A stretch of DNA of 64,000 nucleotides from Dehalococcoidia bacterium (GTDB taxonomy: Bacteria; Chloroflexota; Dehalococcoidia; UBA2979). A program made the translations under genes and the position numbers. Numbering within the stretch: the first letter of the stretch is position 1; the number at the start of each line of letters is the position of its first letter. Shown piece after piece: positions 35,188-44,565 of the stretch. The stretch covers positions 346,105 through 410,104 of the forward strand of contig CBDAOL010000012.1 in assembly GCA_965198045.1 (NCBI GenBank). The letters are read 5' to 3'. The notes beneath the pieces were generated by a model, which saw nothing but the letters and a program-made list of their open reading frames with translations, made no database searches and had not been told where the DNA came from.

Positions 35188-36426
35188 TTACTGCGGCAGT
35201 ACGACACGCATCAGGTGCGCCACCTTCTTGATGAATCCGCCCAGGGGAGCAACGGGCCCCGGCGCCGAGCGGAGCAGGATTTCCTGCTCCTTCAGCGCCC
35301 AGCGCAGCAACCCGACCGACGTGGCGTAGGCCGGGTCCTGCAAGATGTCGGAGAGTCCAGCGAGGTGCCGTGGCCGCCCGATGCGGGCGGGGAGCATCAG
35401 CACCTCCTCGGCGAGCGCATCGAGGCCGGGGAGGGCCGCTGCGCCGCCGGTGATCACGACGCCGGCCGAGAGCATCTCGGGCTCGGCGCCTCGCTTAATT
35501 TCGGCCAGCGCGAGCTCAAAGAGCTCCTCGCACCGGGCCTGGAGCACCTCGGCCATGAGCCGGCGGCTAACGGTCTTCGTGCCGTCCGCGCCGAACGCAT
35601 CGACCTCGATCTCCTCGTCTTCGTCGACCAGGGAGGGGATGGCCTGGCCGTACTCACGTTTGGCCTGCTCGGCGGCGGGCTGGGGGACCCGCAATGCGAC
35701 GACCAAATCCTTCGTCATGTGCATGCCGCCGATCGGCAGCACCGCCGTGTGCACGATCGCGCCGTTGATGTAGACGCCAATGTCAGTGGTGCCACCGCCG
35801 ACGTCGATCACGGCGACGCCCTGCTCGAGCTCCTCCTGCTCGACGACCGCCTCTGCCGACGCGAGCGGCTCGAGGATCAACGAGTCGACGCTCACGCCGG
35901 CGCCCTCGACACACTGCGCGAGGTTGTTCATCGCCGAAGTTGAGGCGGTGACGATGTGTGTTTCCACGTCCAGCCGAGAGCCGAACATGCCGTTCGGATT
36001 GACGACGTGGTCCTGCCCATCGACGAGGTAGCAGCGAGGCACGACGTGGATCACCTCGCGGTTGTTGGGCACGTTGACGATGCGGGCGCTCTCCATCGCG
36101 CGCCCCACGTCCTCCTCGGTGATGGGGTGGCGCGGGTCGGCGATGGCGACGATGCCGCGCGAGTTCATCGAGGAGACATGCGGACCGGCGATGCCCACCT
36201 GCGCGCAGGCGATGCGGGTGCCGGACGCGCGCTCGGCGCGCTCCACGGACGATGCGATCGCCTCGATGGCCGCATGGATGTTGTCGACCATCCCGCGCGA
36301 CAGCCCGGCCGAGGGCCCGATGCCGACCCCGAGGATGCGCAGTTGCTGCTGCGGCGTGACCTCGGCCACGATCGTGCAGACCTTCGTCGTGCCGACATCG
36401 ATGGCGGCGATACTGGGATGGGCCAT
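35188..36426 (-). CDS. ftsA: Cell division protein FtsA
   Basis: N-terminal IAAIDVGTTKVCTIVAEV actin-like ATPase fold, 412 aa. Immediately upstream of ftsZ. Confidence 0.9.
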   Translation of the reverse strand: MAHPSIAAIDVGTTKVCTIVAEVTPQQQLRILGVGIGPSAGLSRGMVDNIHAAIEAIASSVERAERASGTRIACAQVGIAGPHVSSMNSRGIVAIADPRHPITEEDVGRAMESARIVNVPNNREVIHVVPRCYLVDGQDHVVNPNGMFGSRLDVETHIVTASTSAMNNLAQCVEGAGVSVDSLILEPLASAEAVVEQEELEQGVAVIDVGGGTTDIGVYINGAIVHTAVLPIGGMHMTKDLVVALRVPQPAAEQAKREYGQAIPSLVDEDEEIEVDAFGADGTKTVSRRLMAEVLQARCEELFELALAEIKRGAEPEMLSAGVVITGGAAALPGLDALAEEVLMLPARIGRPRHLAGLSDILQDPAYATSVGLLRWALKEQEILLRSAPGPVAPLGGFIKKVAHLMRVVLPQ

Positions 36427-36478
36427 CAGCTGCGTCCCGTCTGCCGGCTCCCGGCATGTCGTGTGGCGTGCCGCCGCG

Positions 36479-37363
36479 TCATCGCAGCACCACCTGTCGC
36501 CCGAACCGCAGGTCGATCTCGGTAACGCCGAGGGCGCGCTGCGCGAGCTGGATGTCGATCTGGACCCATGTGGCGAGCTTGAAATCGTAGCTCGAGGAGT
36601 CCCCGAAGACGACGCTCGGCGCGTCCTCGAAGTGCACGGTCAGGCCGCGCTCCTGTTCGAAGATGAATGCCACGGGCGCCGTGCCGCGCTCCTCGAACCG
36701 CGGATCCTCAATCAGCCGGGCGGCGAGCTGGACGGCGTCCGGGTCCGGCGTGACCGGCGCATCGCCCTCGCGCGCTGCGGCGAACTCGATGATGGTGGGA
36801 GCGTCCGGCGGCGCGGGGCGCGAGGCGACGAGGGCGTTCCCCTCGCGATCGACCGCGACGCGGTCGCCGCCCTCCTGCCAGTAGCCCCAGGCCTGATGCT
36901 CGACGATCTCGATGCGCACCGTCCCCGGCCACGATCGCGAGACGGTGACCGCCTTCACCGAGTCCAGCGCGGTGATGCGCTCACTGGCGCCGCTGCCGTC
37001 GAGGGTGAACATCAGGTCGTTGCCGAGGTCAGCGGCGGCGACGATCGCCTGCGGCGACGTCACTTCGACGCCCTCGATCGCGATCTGCCTGACGCGGAAG
37101 GTGTCGCTCTGCACCACCCAGAGCGCGACGTAGGCGAGGACGGCCACCGCCGCGACGCCGGCCAGCCGGCGCAGCCACGAGGCGGCGTCGAACCCTGCGG
37201 GTGGCGCTGGAGGCGCGGCGCGGCCGAGTTTGAAGCGGCGGCTGCGATCACCTCGGCGCGAGGGGCCACGCTGCCGGCCGGGCAGCATGAACAGGCGCCA
37301 GAACGCCAGCCGTCCGAAGCGGCTACGAGAGCGAGCCGGCATGCTGCCGCCTCCTCTCCGCAC
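36479..37363 (-). CDS. ftsQ: Cell division protein FtsQ/DivIB (POTRA domain)
   Basis: Basic cytoplasmic N-terminus, one TM helix (VAAVAVLAYVALWVV) and a POTRA-like segment (FRVRQIAIEGVEVTSPQAIV). Positioned between ddl and ftsA. Start may be the second Met (37342). Confidence 0.8.
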   Translation of the reverse strand: MRRGGGSMPARSRSRFGRLAFWRLFMLPGRQRGPSRRGDRSRRFKLGRAAPPAPPAGFDAASWLRRLAGVAAVAVLAYVALWVVQSDTFRVRQIAIEGVEVTSPQAIVAAADLGNDLMFTLDGSGASERITALDSVKAVTVSRSWPGTVRIEIVEHQAWGYWQEGGDRVAVDREGNALVASRPAPPDAPTIIEFAAAREGDAPVTPDPDAVQLAARLIEDPRFEERGTAPVAFIFEQERGLTVHFEDAPSVVFGDSSSYDFKLATWVQIDIQLAQRALGVTEIDLRFGRQVVLR

Positions 37364-38411
37364 GCTCGAGGCCGAGGTCGACCAGCCGTGAAATCAGGGT
37401 GCTGTAGCCGACCCCAGCCTCCTGCCAGAGCCGTGGATACATCGAGATCGGCGTGAATCCGGGCAGGGTGTTGATTTCGATGCAACGCACCTCGCCGGTG
37501 GCGCTGACGAAGAAGTCCACGCGAGACAGGCCCGCCGCGTCGATCGCCAGGAAGGCGCGCAACGCCAGCTCGCGGACGCGCTCGGTCGTCGCCTCGTCGA
37601 GTTCGGCCGGCACGATCAGCGCGGCGCTGTCGTCGAGGTACTTCGACTGATAGTCGTAGAACTCGGCGGAGGGGCGAATCTCGCCGACCGGCGACGCCTC
37701 GGGCGCGTCGTTGCCGAGCACCGCGCACTCGACCTCCTGGCCCTCGAGCGCCTCCTCGATCATCACCTTGCGGTCATGGCGCAGCGCCTCGGCGACCGCC
37801 TCCTGCACGTCCTCGCGCGAGCGGGCCTTCGAGATACCGACCGAGGAGCCGGCGTTGCAAGGTTTGACGAAGCAGGGGTAGCCGAACGTCGCCTCGACGT
37901 CCCGGAGCGACTCGTTCGGTGGCGGGACGCCGTCGATCTCGCGCAGTACGAGGTGGCGCGCCTGCGGGATCTCGTGCGCCTCGAACACGGCGCGCATCAG
38001 CTCTTTGTCCATCCCCACGGCGCTCGCAGCGACTCCGGCGCCGACGTAAGCGACGTTCGCCAGCTCGAACAGGCCCTGTAGCGTGCCGTCCTCGCCGTAG
38101 CGGCCGTGGATGATGGGGAACGCGATGTCGAGGCCGCCCAGCACCTCAAGCACTTCGGGGTAGGCGAGCACGCCCTCGCGACGGTCGTCGCCGATGTCGC
38201 GCATCTGCTCGTCGGCCGTCCGTTCGAGGCGGCGGCGCGATTCCTCGGGCGTGAGCCATTGCCCGCCGCGCGTGACGCCGAGCGGAACGACCTCGAAGCG
38301 CTCCTCGTCGGCCTCGCGCAGGATCGAGCGCGCGGAAGTCACGGAGACCTCGTGCTCGGTGGAGAGCCCGCCGAAGATGACGCCCAGCCGCTCCCGGCTG
38401 GCGGCGGTCAC
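37323..38411 (-). CDS. ddl: D-alanine--D-alanine ligase
   Basis: …RLGVIFGGLSTEHEVSVTSARSIL… plus an ATP-grasp core. GTG start at 38411 forms a GTGA overlap with the murC stop. The track's upstream extension is Arg-rich junk. Confidence 0.9.
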   Translation of the reverse strand: MTAASRERLGVIFGGLSTEHEVSVTSARSILREADEERFEVVPLGVTRGGQWLTPEESRRRLERTADEQMRDIGDDRREGVLAYPEVLEVLGGLDIAFPIIHGRYGEDGTLQGLFELANVAYVGAGVAASAVGMDKELMRAVFEAHEIPQARHLVLREIDGVPPPNESLRDVEATFGYPCFVKPCNAGSSVGISKARSREDVQEAVAEALRHDRKVMIEEALEGQEVECAVLGNDAPEASPVGEIRPSAEFYDYQSKYLDDSAALIVPAELDEATTERVRELALRAFLAIDAAGLSRVDFFVSATGEVRCIEINTLPGFTPISMYPRLWQEAGVGYSTLISRLVDLGLERAERRRQHAGSLS

Positions 38412-39787
38412 GGCGCGGCCTCCAGGCGTTCGAGGAGCAGGTCCGGCAGCTCCGTCACGGTCCCTGCGCCGAGTGTGATGCAGACATCGCCGCCCGTAAG
38501 CCGCTCGAGCAGGGCTTCGACCGCCTCCTCGAACGAATCGACCAGCACGGGCGGAGGCGACTCGATCTCCGCGGCGAGCGCCGCCGCATCGAGCCCGCGG
38601 TCCGGTGTCTCGCGGGCGGCGTAGGTCGGCAGCAGGATCAGCTCGTCGAGGCCTTCGAAGCACTCGCGGAAGCCGTCGAGCAGGTAGCTCGAGCGGGTGT
38701 AGGTATGCGGCTGGAAGCAGCCGATGATGCGACGGCCCGGGAAACGCTGACGGGCGGCCGCGATGCTGACGCGCACCTCGGTCGGGTGGTGGGCGTACTC
38801 GTCGACGAGCGTGATCGGACCCTCGGCAGCCTCGACCTCGCCGCGCAGTTCGAAGCGGCGGCGCGCGCCCGAGAACGTGCCGAGGGCGGCGGCCGCGCGG
38901 TGAAAGTCGACGCCCGCGCGCATCCCGGCAGCCAGCGCGGCGAGCGCGTTCTGGATGTTGTGCCGACCGGGCACGCCAAGCGAGAGTTCGCCCAGCTCCG
39001 TCCCGTCGAGGTGCACCCGCGCGTCAAGGCCGCCGTGGTCGTTGAAGCGCAGCCGCGAGGCGTACCACTCCGCACTGCTGTTCTCGACAGAGGTGCGCTC
39101 GACCCGTGCGCCAGCGGCGCGACGCGCCTCGGCCAGGGCTCCCGACCGCGGCGTGTCGATGCCGACGAGGAGCATGCCGTCGTCGGTCACACGCTCGGCG
39201 AAGGTCGCGAACGCCGCCTCGTAGCGCTCTGGCGTGCCGTAGTAGTCGAGGTGGTCGAACTCGATGTTGTTGATAACGGCGATCTGCGGCGTGTACTGCA
39301 GGAACGCCTCGGCGTACTCGTCCGCCTCGACGATCGCGTGGCGTCCATCGCCGTCGCGCGCGTTCGTGTCGCCGAGGTCGCGTGCGTCGCCGCCGAGGAG
39401 CACCAGCGGGTCGAGCCCGCCCTCGACCGCGATCAGCGTCAGCATCGAGGTGGTGGTGGTCTTGCCGTGGGTGCCCGAGACTGCGAGGACATCGCGCTCG
39501 GCGATCAGCGCCTGCACCATCTCCGCTCGCGATAGCACCGGCACGTCGCGCGCGTTCGCTTCGGCCACCTCGGGGTTGTCGGCGGCAGCCGCGGCCGTTG
39601 CGACGAGCAGTTCGGCCCGCCCGAGGTTGGCGGCGGCGTGGCCGGTGTAGATCGTGCCGCCCAGCGCCTCCAGGCGTCGAGTGTACTCGGAGGCCTCGAG
39701 GTCGGAGCCGGTCACGGTATGGCCGCGCTGCAGCAGGATCTGACCGATCGCGGACATGTGGATCCCGCCGGCGCCGACGAGGTGCAC
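38408..39787 (-). CDS. murC: UDP-N-acetylmuramate--L-alanine ligase
   Basis: MHLVGAGGIHMSAIGQ…, GTHGKTTTTSM P-loop, and the DEYAHHPTEV motif characteristic of MurC. Confidence 0.9.
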   Translation of the reverse strand: MHLVGAGGIHMSAIGQILLQRGHTVTGSDLEASEYTRRLEALGGTIYTGHAAANLGRAELLVATAAAAADNPEVAEANARDVPVLSRAEMVQALIAERDVLAVSGTHGKTTTTSMLTLIAVEGGLDPLVLLGGDARDLGDTNARDGDGRHAIVEADEYAEAFLQYTPQIAVINNIEFDHLDYYGTPERYEAAFATFAERVTDDGMLLVGIDTPRSGALAEARRAAGARVERTSVENSSAEWYASRLRFNDHGGLDARVHLDGTELGELSLGVPGRHNIQNALAALAAGMRAGVDFHRAAAALGTFSGARRRFELRGEVEAAEGPITLVDEYAHHPTEVRVSIAAARQRFPGRRIIGCFQPHTYTRSSYLLDGFRECFEGLDELILLPTYAARETPDRGLDAAALAAEIESPPPVLVDSFEEAVEALLERLTGGDVCITLGAGTVTELPDLLLERLEAAP

Positions 39788-39840
39788 GCGCTGCGGAATC
39801 TTGTTCCCGTTGTCCTGTCGAGAGCGCTGTTTGAGGACGA

Positions 39841-40917
39841 TCAGAGCACCGCCTCTCGCATCAACACGGCGATGCGCTGCGTCGCGTCCGGGCGGGCGAG
39901 GGCGCGCATGGCCTCGGCCATCGCTTCGCGCCTCGCGGCGTCGCCGAGCAACTCGAGCACCAGCGGTGCGAGGTCGTCGAGCGCGTCGCCGGGCACTGTC
40001 ATGGCCGCCCCGCGATCCTCGAGGTAGGCGGCGTTGTCCCGCTGGTCGGAGAAGGGGCCGGGGATGACGACGGCGGGTAGTCCGCTGACCGGCAGCTCGC
40101 CGAGCGTCGAGGCTCCAGCGCGCGCGACCGCCAGGTCGGCGGCGGCCATCGCCAGTGCGATCTGGTCGGTGTAGGCCAGCGGGTGGTATCGCGCACGCAG
40201 CTCAGGCGTTGGCAGCGCGTCGCGAGCGCGGACGAGCCAGTGCTCCTCGTCAGCTCCGGTGATGTGCACGACCTGCGCCCCGGCGAGCAGGTCTTCGAGC
40301 GCGTCGTGGATCACGAGGTTGATGGCGTGTGCTCCGAGCGAGCCGCCCATCACCAGTAGCGTTGGCAACGTCGGGTCGAGGTCGAACGCGCGCTGCCCGT
40401 CCTCGCGGCTGGCCGAGGCGAAGGCGGCGCGAACCGGGTAGCCGGTGACCACGCCCTTTGAGCCGACGAACTCGAGCGAGGGCTCCACCGCGCAGGCGAC
40501 CGTCGATGCGTAGCGCTGCAGGAGGCGGACGGCCCAGCCGGGGCGTACGTCTGGGAGGAAGACGACCACCGGCACCCGCCGCCGCTTCGCCGGCCGGCCG
40601 ACCGGGGCCGAGGCATACCCGCCCGTCGCGAACACGGCGTCCGGGCGGTCGCGATCGAGGTAGCGACCAGCGTCGCGCATGCCTCGCCAGAGGTTGATCG
40701 GCCCGCCGATGAGGCGACGGGGGGTGCGTCCTCGGATGGCGGAGGCCGTGAGCACGCGGAACTGGATGTCCGCGGCGATCGCCGCGTCGCGCTCCGGTCC
40801 ATGCTTGGTTCCGTAGTACACGAGCTCGGTGTCGAGGTGCTGACGTAACTCCTCGGCCACCGCGATCGCGGGGTAGACGTGGCCGCCCGTGCCGCCGCCG
40901 GCGAGCGCGAACTTCAT
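39841..40917 (-). CDS. murG: UDP-N-acetylglucosamine--N-acetylmuramyl-(pentapeptide)-pyrophosphoryl-undecaprenol N-acetylglucosamine transferase
   Basis: Real start MKFALAGGGTGGHVYPAIAVAEEL (cat at 40915..40917, ATGA overlap with the ftsW stop). The 209-codon upstream extension in the track is Arg-rich junk. Confidence 0.9.
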   Translation of the reverse strand: MKFALAGGGTGGHVYPAIAVAEELRQHLDTELVYYGTKHGPERDAAIAADIQFRVLTASAIRGRTPRRLIGGPINLWRGMRDAGRYLDRDRPDAVFATGGYASAPVGRPAKRRRVPVVVFLPDVRPGWAVRLLQRYASTVACAVEPSLEFVGSKGVVTGYPVRAAFASASREDGQRAFDLDPTLPTLLVMGGSLGAHAINLVIHDALEDLLAGAQVVHITGADEEHWLVRARDALPTPELRARYHPLAYTDQIALAMAAADLAVARAGASTLGELPVSGLPAVVIPGPFSDQRDNAAYLEDRGAAMTVPGDALDDLAPLVLELLGDAARREAMAEAMRALARPDATQRIAVLMREAVL

Positions 40918-42125
40918 CGCACACCCCCTCGCACGGCCTCGCGTGCGCGGCGCAACGACCACGGCCGAGCCGCATCGGCAGCCTCGGCGTCGGCGACGTG
41001 GTCGCGGGTGTAGCGACTGACCGAGACCAGGACGCCGATCGCCGTGAGCGTGATCGCGAGCGACGATCCGCCGTACGAGAGCAGCGGGAGCGGAATGCCG
41101 GTGAGCGGAATGATGCGAGTCACGCCGCCGACGTTGAGCAGCATCTGGAAGCCGAGCCAGGCGATGATGCCCGCCGCCAGCAGGGAGCCGAACTGATCGT
41201 CGGCGCGCTTCATGATCAGCCAGCCGCGCCAGAGCACGAGCATGAAGAGCGCCAGCACGAGCATCGTCCCGATGAAGCCGAGCTCCTCGCCGACGATGGC
41301 GAGCACGCCGTCCGTGTGCGAGCCGGGGAGGTAGAAGAACTTCTGCCGCGATACGCCTAGGCCGAGGCCGGTGAGGCCGCCCGAGCCGAAGGCGACCAGC
41401 AGCTGCAGCGTCTGGAACCCGAGTCCGGAGGGGTCCGCCTCGGCGGAGGTAAAGCTGAAGATGCGGTCGAGGCGATAGCCGCCGAGGAGGATCAGGAGCG
41501 AGGCGATCCCCGTACCGCTGGCAGCGAGGATGAGGACGTGCCACAGCCGGGCGCCGGCCAGGAAGAACAGCGTGCCGGTGATGATCGCGATCATTACAGC
41601 GGTGCCCAGGTCCGGCTCAAGCACGATCAGGGCGCCGACGAGGCCCACCATCAGCACGAAGGGCAGGACGCCGAGCGACCAGTCCTTGACCGCGTCGCCC
41701 TTCGAGGCGAGCCAGGCCGCCATGTAGATGATCACGGCGAGCTTCGCGAACTCGCTCGGCTGCATCGGCGGGAGCGAGCCGATCTGGATCCAGCGCTGCG
41801 CGCCGTTCGCCTCGTGGCCGAAACTCGGCAGCAGCACGAGCACGAGGCCGCCGATCGCCGCCAGCATCAGCAGCGGGCTCAAGCGGGCGAGGAAGTGGTA
41901 GTTGACGTTCATCGCCACGAGTAGCCCGAGCAGCCCGATCCCGGCCATCACCGCCTGCTGCTTCGCGTAGTAGTTGGGGTCGCCCGTCTCCGCGTCGGCG
42001 AGGGCGTACGAGGCGGAGTAGACGGTGATCAGCCCGAGGATCAGCAGCACCAGCGTCGCCGTGAGCAGCCCGTAGTCGGGCGCATGCCGCACCGCCGCGG
42101 TCAGCCGTTCGCGTGCGCGGGCCAT
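40914..42125 (-). CDS. ftsW: SEDS-family peptidoglycan glycosyltransferase FtsW
   Basis: 403 aa polytopic membrane protein with FtsW/RodA-family motifs. Positioned between murD and murG. Confidence 0.9.
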   Translation of the reverse strand: MARARERLTAAVRHAPDYGLLTATLVLLILGLITVYSASYALADAETGDPNYYAKQQAVMAGIGLLGLLVAMNVNYHFLARLSPLLMLAAIGGLVLVLLPSFGHEANGAQRWIQIGSLPPMQPSEFAKLAVIIYMAAWLASKGDAVKDWSLGVLPFVLMVGLVGALIVLEPDLGTAVMIAIITGTLFFLAGARLWHVLILAASGTGIASLLILLGGYRLDRIFSFTSAEADPSGLGFQTLQLLVAFGSGGLTGLGLGVSRQKFFYLPGSHTDGVLAIVGEELGFIGTMLVLALFMLVLWRGWLIMKRADDQFGSLLAAGIIAWLGFQMLLNVGGVTRIIPLTGIPLPLLSYGGSSLAITLTAIGVLVSVSRYTRDHVADAEAADAARPWSLRRAREAVRGGVR

Positions 42126-43510
42126 CAGGCGCTCAACCTGGCGACGGCGACGCGGAACGCGACGCCGCGAGCCTCGAAGTTCGGGTACGCATCGAACGAG
42201 GTGCCGCCCGGCGAGAACAGGACGACGTCGCCGAACTCGGCCACCGCGGCTGCCGCGCGGACCGCGGTCGGGACATCGTTGACGCGCGTGACCGCGAGGT
42301 CCTCGCCGGCGGCCTCGCGGAGGGCCTCGCGGACGGCCGAGGCGTAGAGATCTCCGGCCTCACCGAACGTGATCACGGCTCGGCAGCGCTGCGCCGCCTC
42401 AGCGGCCAGCTCGCTCAGCGGCAGACGCTTGTCGCGACCGCCCATGAGCAGGACGAGCGGTTCGTCATAGGAGCGGAGGCCGGCAAGTGTGCGCTCGGGC
42501 GTAGTCGCGATGGAGTCGTTGACGTAACGGACACCGGCGAATTCGTCGATCGGTTCGAGCCGGTGGGGGACGCCGAGGAATCCGCGGATGCCGTCCGCTA
42601 TCGCCTCGTCACTGACGCCCAGTTCGGCCGCGAGCGCGACTGCCGACAGTACGTTGTCGACGTTATGGTCGCCGCGTAACGCGATCTCATCGCGCGTGAC
42701 GATGGGCAGCCGCGCGTCGCCGTGCTGCCGCACGACGCGATCGTCGACCAGCGCCGCCCCGTCGCCTTGAATCGCGTGGCGACGCGAGGTGGAGGCGACC
42801 CGCGCTGGCGCCTCGGCGGCGAAGCCGGAGCAGACCTCGTCATCGATGTTGAACACCGCCAGGTCGTCGCCGGACTGGTACTCGAAGATGCGCCGCTTCA
42901 GCGCGACATAATCCGTCCACGAGTAGGCGTCGAGGTGGTTCGGTGTCACGTTGGTCACGCAGGCCACGTGCGGGCTCACCTCGAGGCTCTCGAGCTGCGT
43001 GTGCGAGAGCTCGACGACCACCTGTGTGCTCGGTCCGATGTCGTCGAGGAGCGAGAGCAGGCCGACACCGATGTTGCCGCCGACGACATAATCTGCGCCG
43101 TCGGCGACCAGCATCTCGCCGAGCAGGGCGGTGGTAGTGGTCTTGCCGGAGGAGCCGGTGACGCCCGTGATCGGCGCGGCGCAGCGCTCGAAGAAGAGCC
43201 GGCTCATCGACGATACCGGCGTGCCGATCGCGCGGGCGTGGTCGAGCATCGGCAGGCCCGGCGGGACGCCCTGTGAGACGAAGACGGCGGCCACATCCTC
43301 GGCATCCGTCTCGCGGTGCTCGCCCAACGAGAGGGTGGCATCGCAGTCCTCGATGGCGGCGAGCGGCTCGGCGAGCTGCTCGGCCGAACGGCGGTCGGAG
43401 ACGGTCACCGCGGCGCCCTCCGCACTGAGGAAACGGACGAGGTCGATGCCCTCGATGCCGAGGCCGACGACGGTCACGCGCTTCCCCTCGAGGTTATGTT
43501 CAAGTGTCAT
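42125..43510 (-). CDS. murD: UDP-N-acetylmuramoylalanine--D-glutamate ligase
   Basis: Real start MTLEHNLEGKRVTVVGLGIEGIDLV (cat at 43508..43510), GVTGSSGKTTTT P-loop, VNDSIATTPERT. The 193-codon upstream extension is junk. Confidence 0.9.
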   Translation of the reverse strand: MTLEHNLEGKRVTVVGLGIEGIDLVRFLSAEGAAVTVSDRRSAEQLAEPLAAIEDCDATLSLGEHRETDAEDVAAVFVSQGVPPGLPMLDHARAIGTPVSSMSRLFFERCAAPITGVTGSSGKTTTTALLGEMLVADGADYVVGGNIGVGLLSLLDDIGPSTQVVVELSHTQLESLEVSPHVACVTNVTPNHLDAYSWTDYVALKRRIFEYQSGDDLAVFNIDDEVCSGFAAEAPARVASTSRRHAIQGDGAALVDDRVVRQHGDARLPIVTRDEIALRGDHNVDNVLSAVALAAELGVSDEAIADGIRGFLGVPHRLEPIDEFAGVRYVNDSIATTPERTLAGLRSYDEPLVLLMGGRDKRLPLSELAAEAAQRCRAVITFGEAGDLYASAVREALREAAGEDLAVTRVNDVPTAVRAAAAVAEFGDVVLFSPGGTSFDAYPNFEARGVAFRVAVARLSA

Positions 43511-43542
43511 CGCGGGTGAGCCGTTTCCTCTCCGGAGGTATA

Positions 43543-44565
43543 TCACACCGACAGAGCCAGAGCGATGCCGACCATCGCTCCGGCAATGCCGAGGAGATAG
43601 AGCCGCATCACGACCTGGGGCTCGCTCCAGCCGAGCAATTCCAGGTGGTGGTGGAACGGCGTCATGCGGAAGAGGCGCTGCCCACCGGTGGTCTGGAAGT
43701 AGGCGATTTGCAGCACATCGGAGACCGCCTCGAGGACGAACACGATGCCGACGACGGGGAGCAGCAGCCAGTGCCCCGTCATCAGCGCGACCGTCGCCAA
43801 CGACGCGCCTAGGGGCAGGGCGCCGGTGTCGCCCATGAACACCGAGGCCGGCCAGGCGTTGTACCAGAGGAATCCGAGCAGTGCGCCGACGACGGTGAAC
43901 GAGAACGTGGCGAGGAACGCCTGCCCCTGCACGAACGCGATCACCGCGTATGCGGCAAACGCCAACGCCGCCGTACCGGCGAGCAGGCCGTCCAGTCCGT
44001 CGGTGATCGAGACGGCCGAGGTGGTCGCGAAGACGGTGATCACCGCGATGCCGATGTAGACATAACCGAGCTCGTATTGTCCGGCCCACGGGACGTTCAC
44101 GCTCTCGGCGTCGAAGCCGAAGAACAGCACGAGCGCCACCACGATCGACAGCGCGAGGATGAGCGTGAACTTGAGGCGCCAGCTCAGCCCGCCGTGCCCT
44201 CGGCCGCCGGTCAGCGTGCCGAGGTCGTCCCAGAAGCCGATGGCCATCGCCGCGACGACGACGGCGAGGGGCAGCAGGATCGAGCCTCGCTCGAGGATGA
44301 TCGAGCCGTCTTCGATCTCGAAGACGTTCGTCGCGGCCGTCACCAGCGCGACCGTGCCGTAGATGAACAGGCCGCCCATCGTCGGGGTGCCCTCTTTGAC
44401 CGAGTGCGTCGAGGGACCGTCCGCCGAGATCTGCTTGCCGACGTTGCGCTCGCGTAGGCGAGCGATCGTCGGCCCTCCGAGGACGAGCGCGACGACGAAG
44501 GCAGAACCACCCACGAGCAGCGAGAAGATCACGAGTCCACCTCGACTCCGCGCCGCTTGAGCCAC
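43543..44565 (-). CDS. mraY: Phospho-N-acetylmuramoyl-pentapeptide transferase
   Basis: 340 aa membrane protein, …GPSTHSVKEGTPTMGG… MraY motif. Start may be slightly downstream because of the 37-nt overlap with murF. Confidence 0.9.
   Translation of the reverse strand: MAQAARSRGGLVIFSLLVGGSAFVVALVLGGPTIARLRERNVGKQISADGPSTHSVKEGTPTMGGLFIYGTVALVTAATNVFEIEDGSIILERGSILLPLAVVVAAMAIGFWDDLGTLTGGRGHGGLSWRLKFTLILALSIVVALVLFFGFDAESVNVPWAGQYELGYVYIGIAVITVFATTSAVSITDGLDGLLAGTAALAFAAYAVIAFVQGQAFLATFSFTVVGALLGFLWYNAWPASVFMGDTGALPLGASLATVALMTGHWLLLPVVGIVFVLEAVSDVLQIAYFQTTGGQRLFRMTPFHHHLELLGWSEPQVVMRLYLLGIAGAMVGIALALSV

Noticed and set aside
39841-44089. Long N-terminal extensions in the track ORFs for murG (567 aa), murD (654 aa), ddl (446 aa), recA (413 aa), the ftsL-like gene (215 aa), DUF1800 (567 aa), the Zn-ribbon protein (337 aa) and mraZ (186 aa).
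   Set aside because: The extensions are Arg-rich junk running back to the previous in-frame stop. In each case an internal Met or Val followed immediately by the conserved family N-terminus gives the real start. These starts often form ATGA/GTGA overlaps with the upstream gene's stop.
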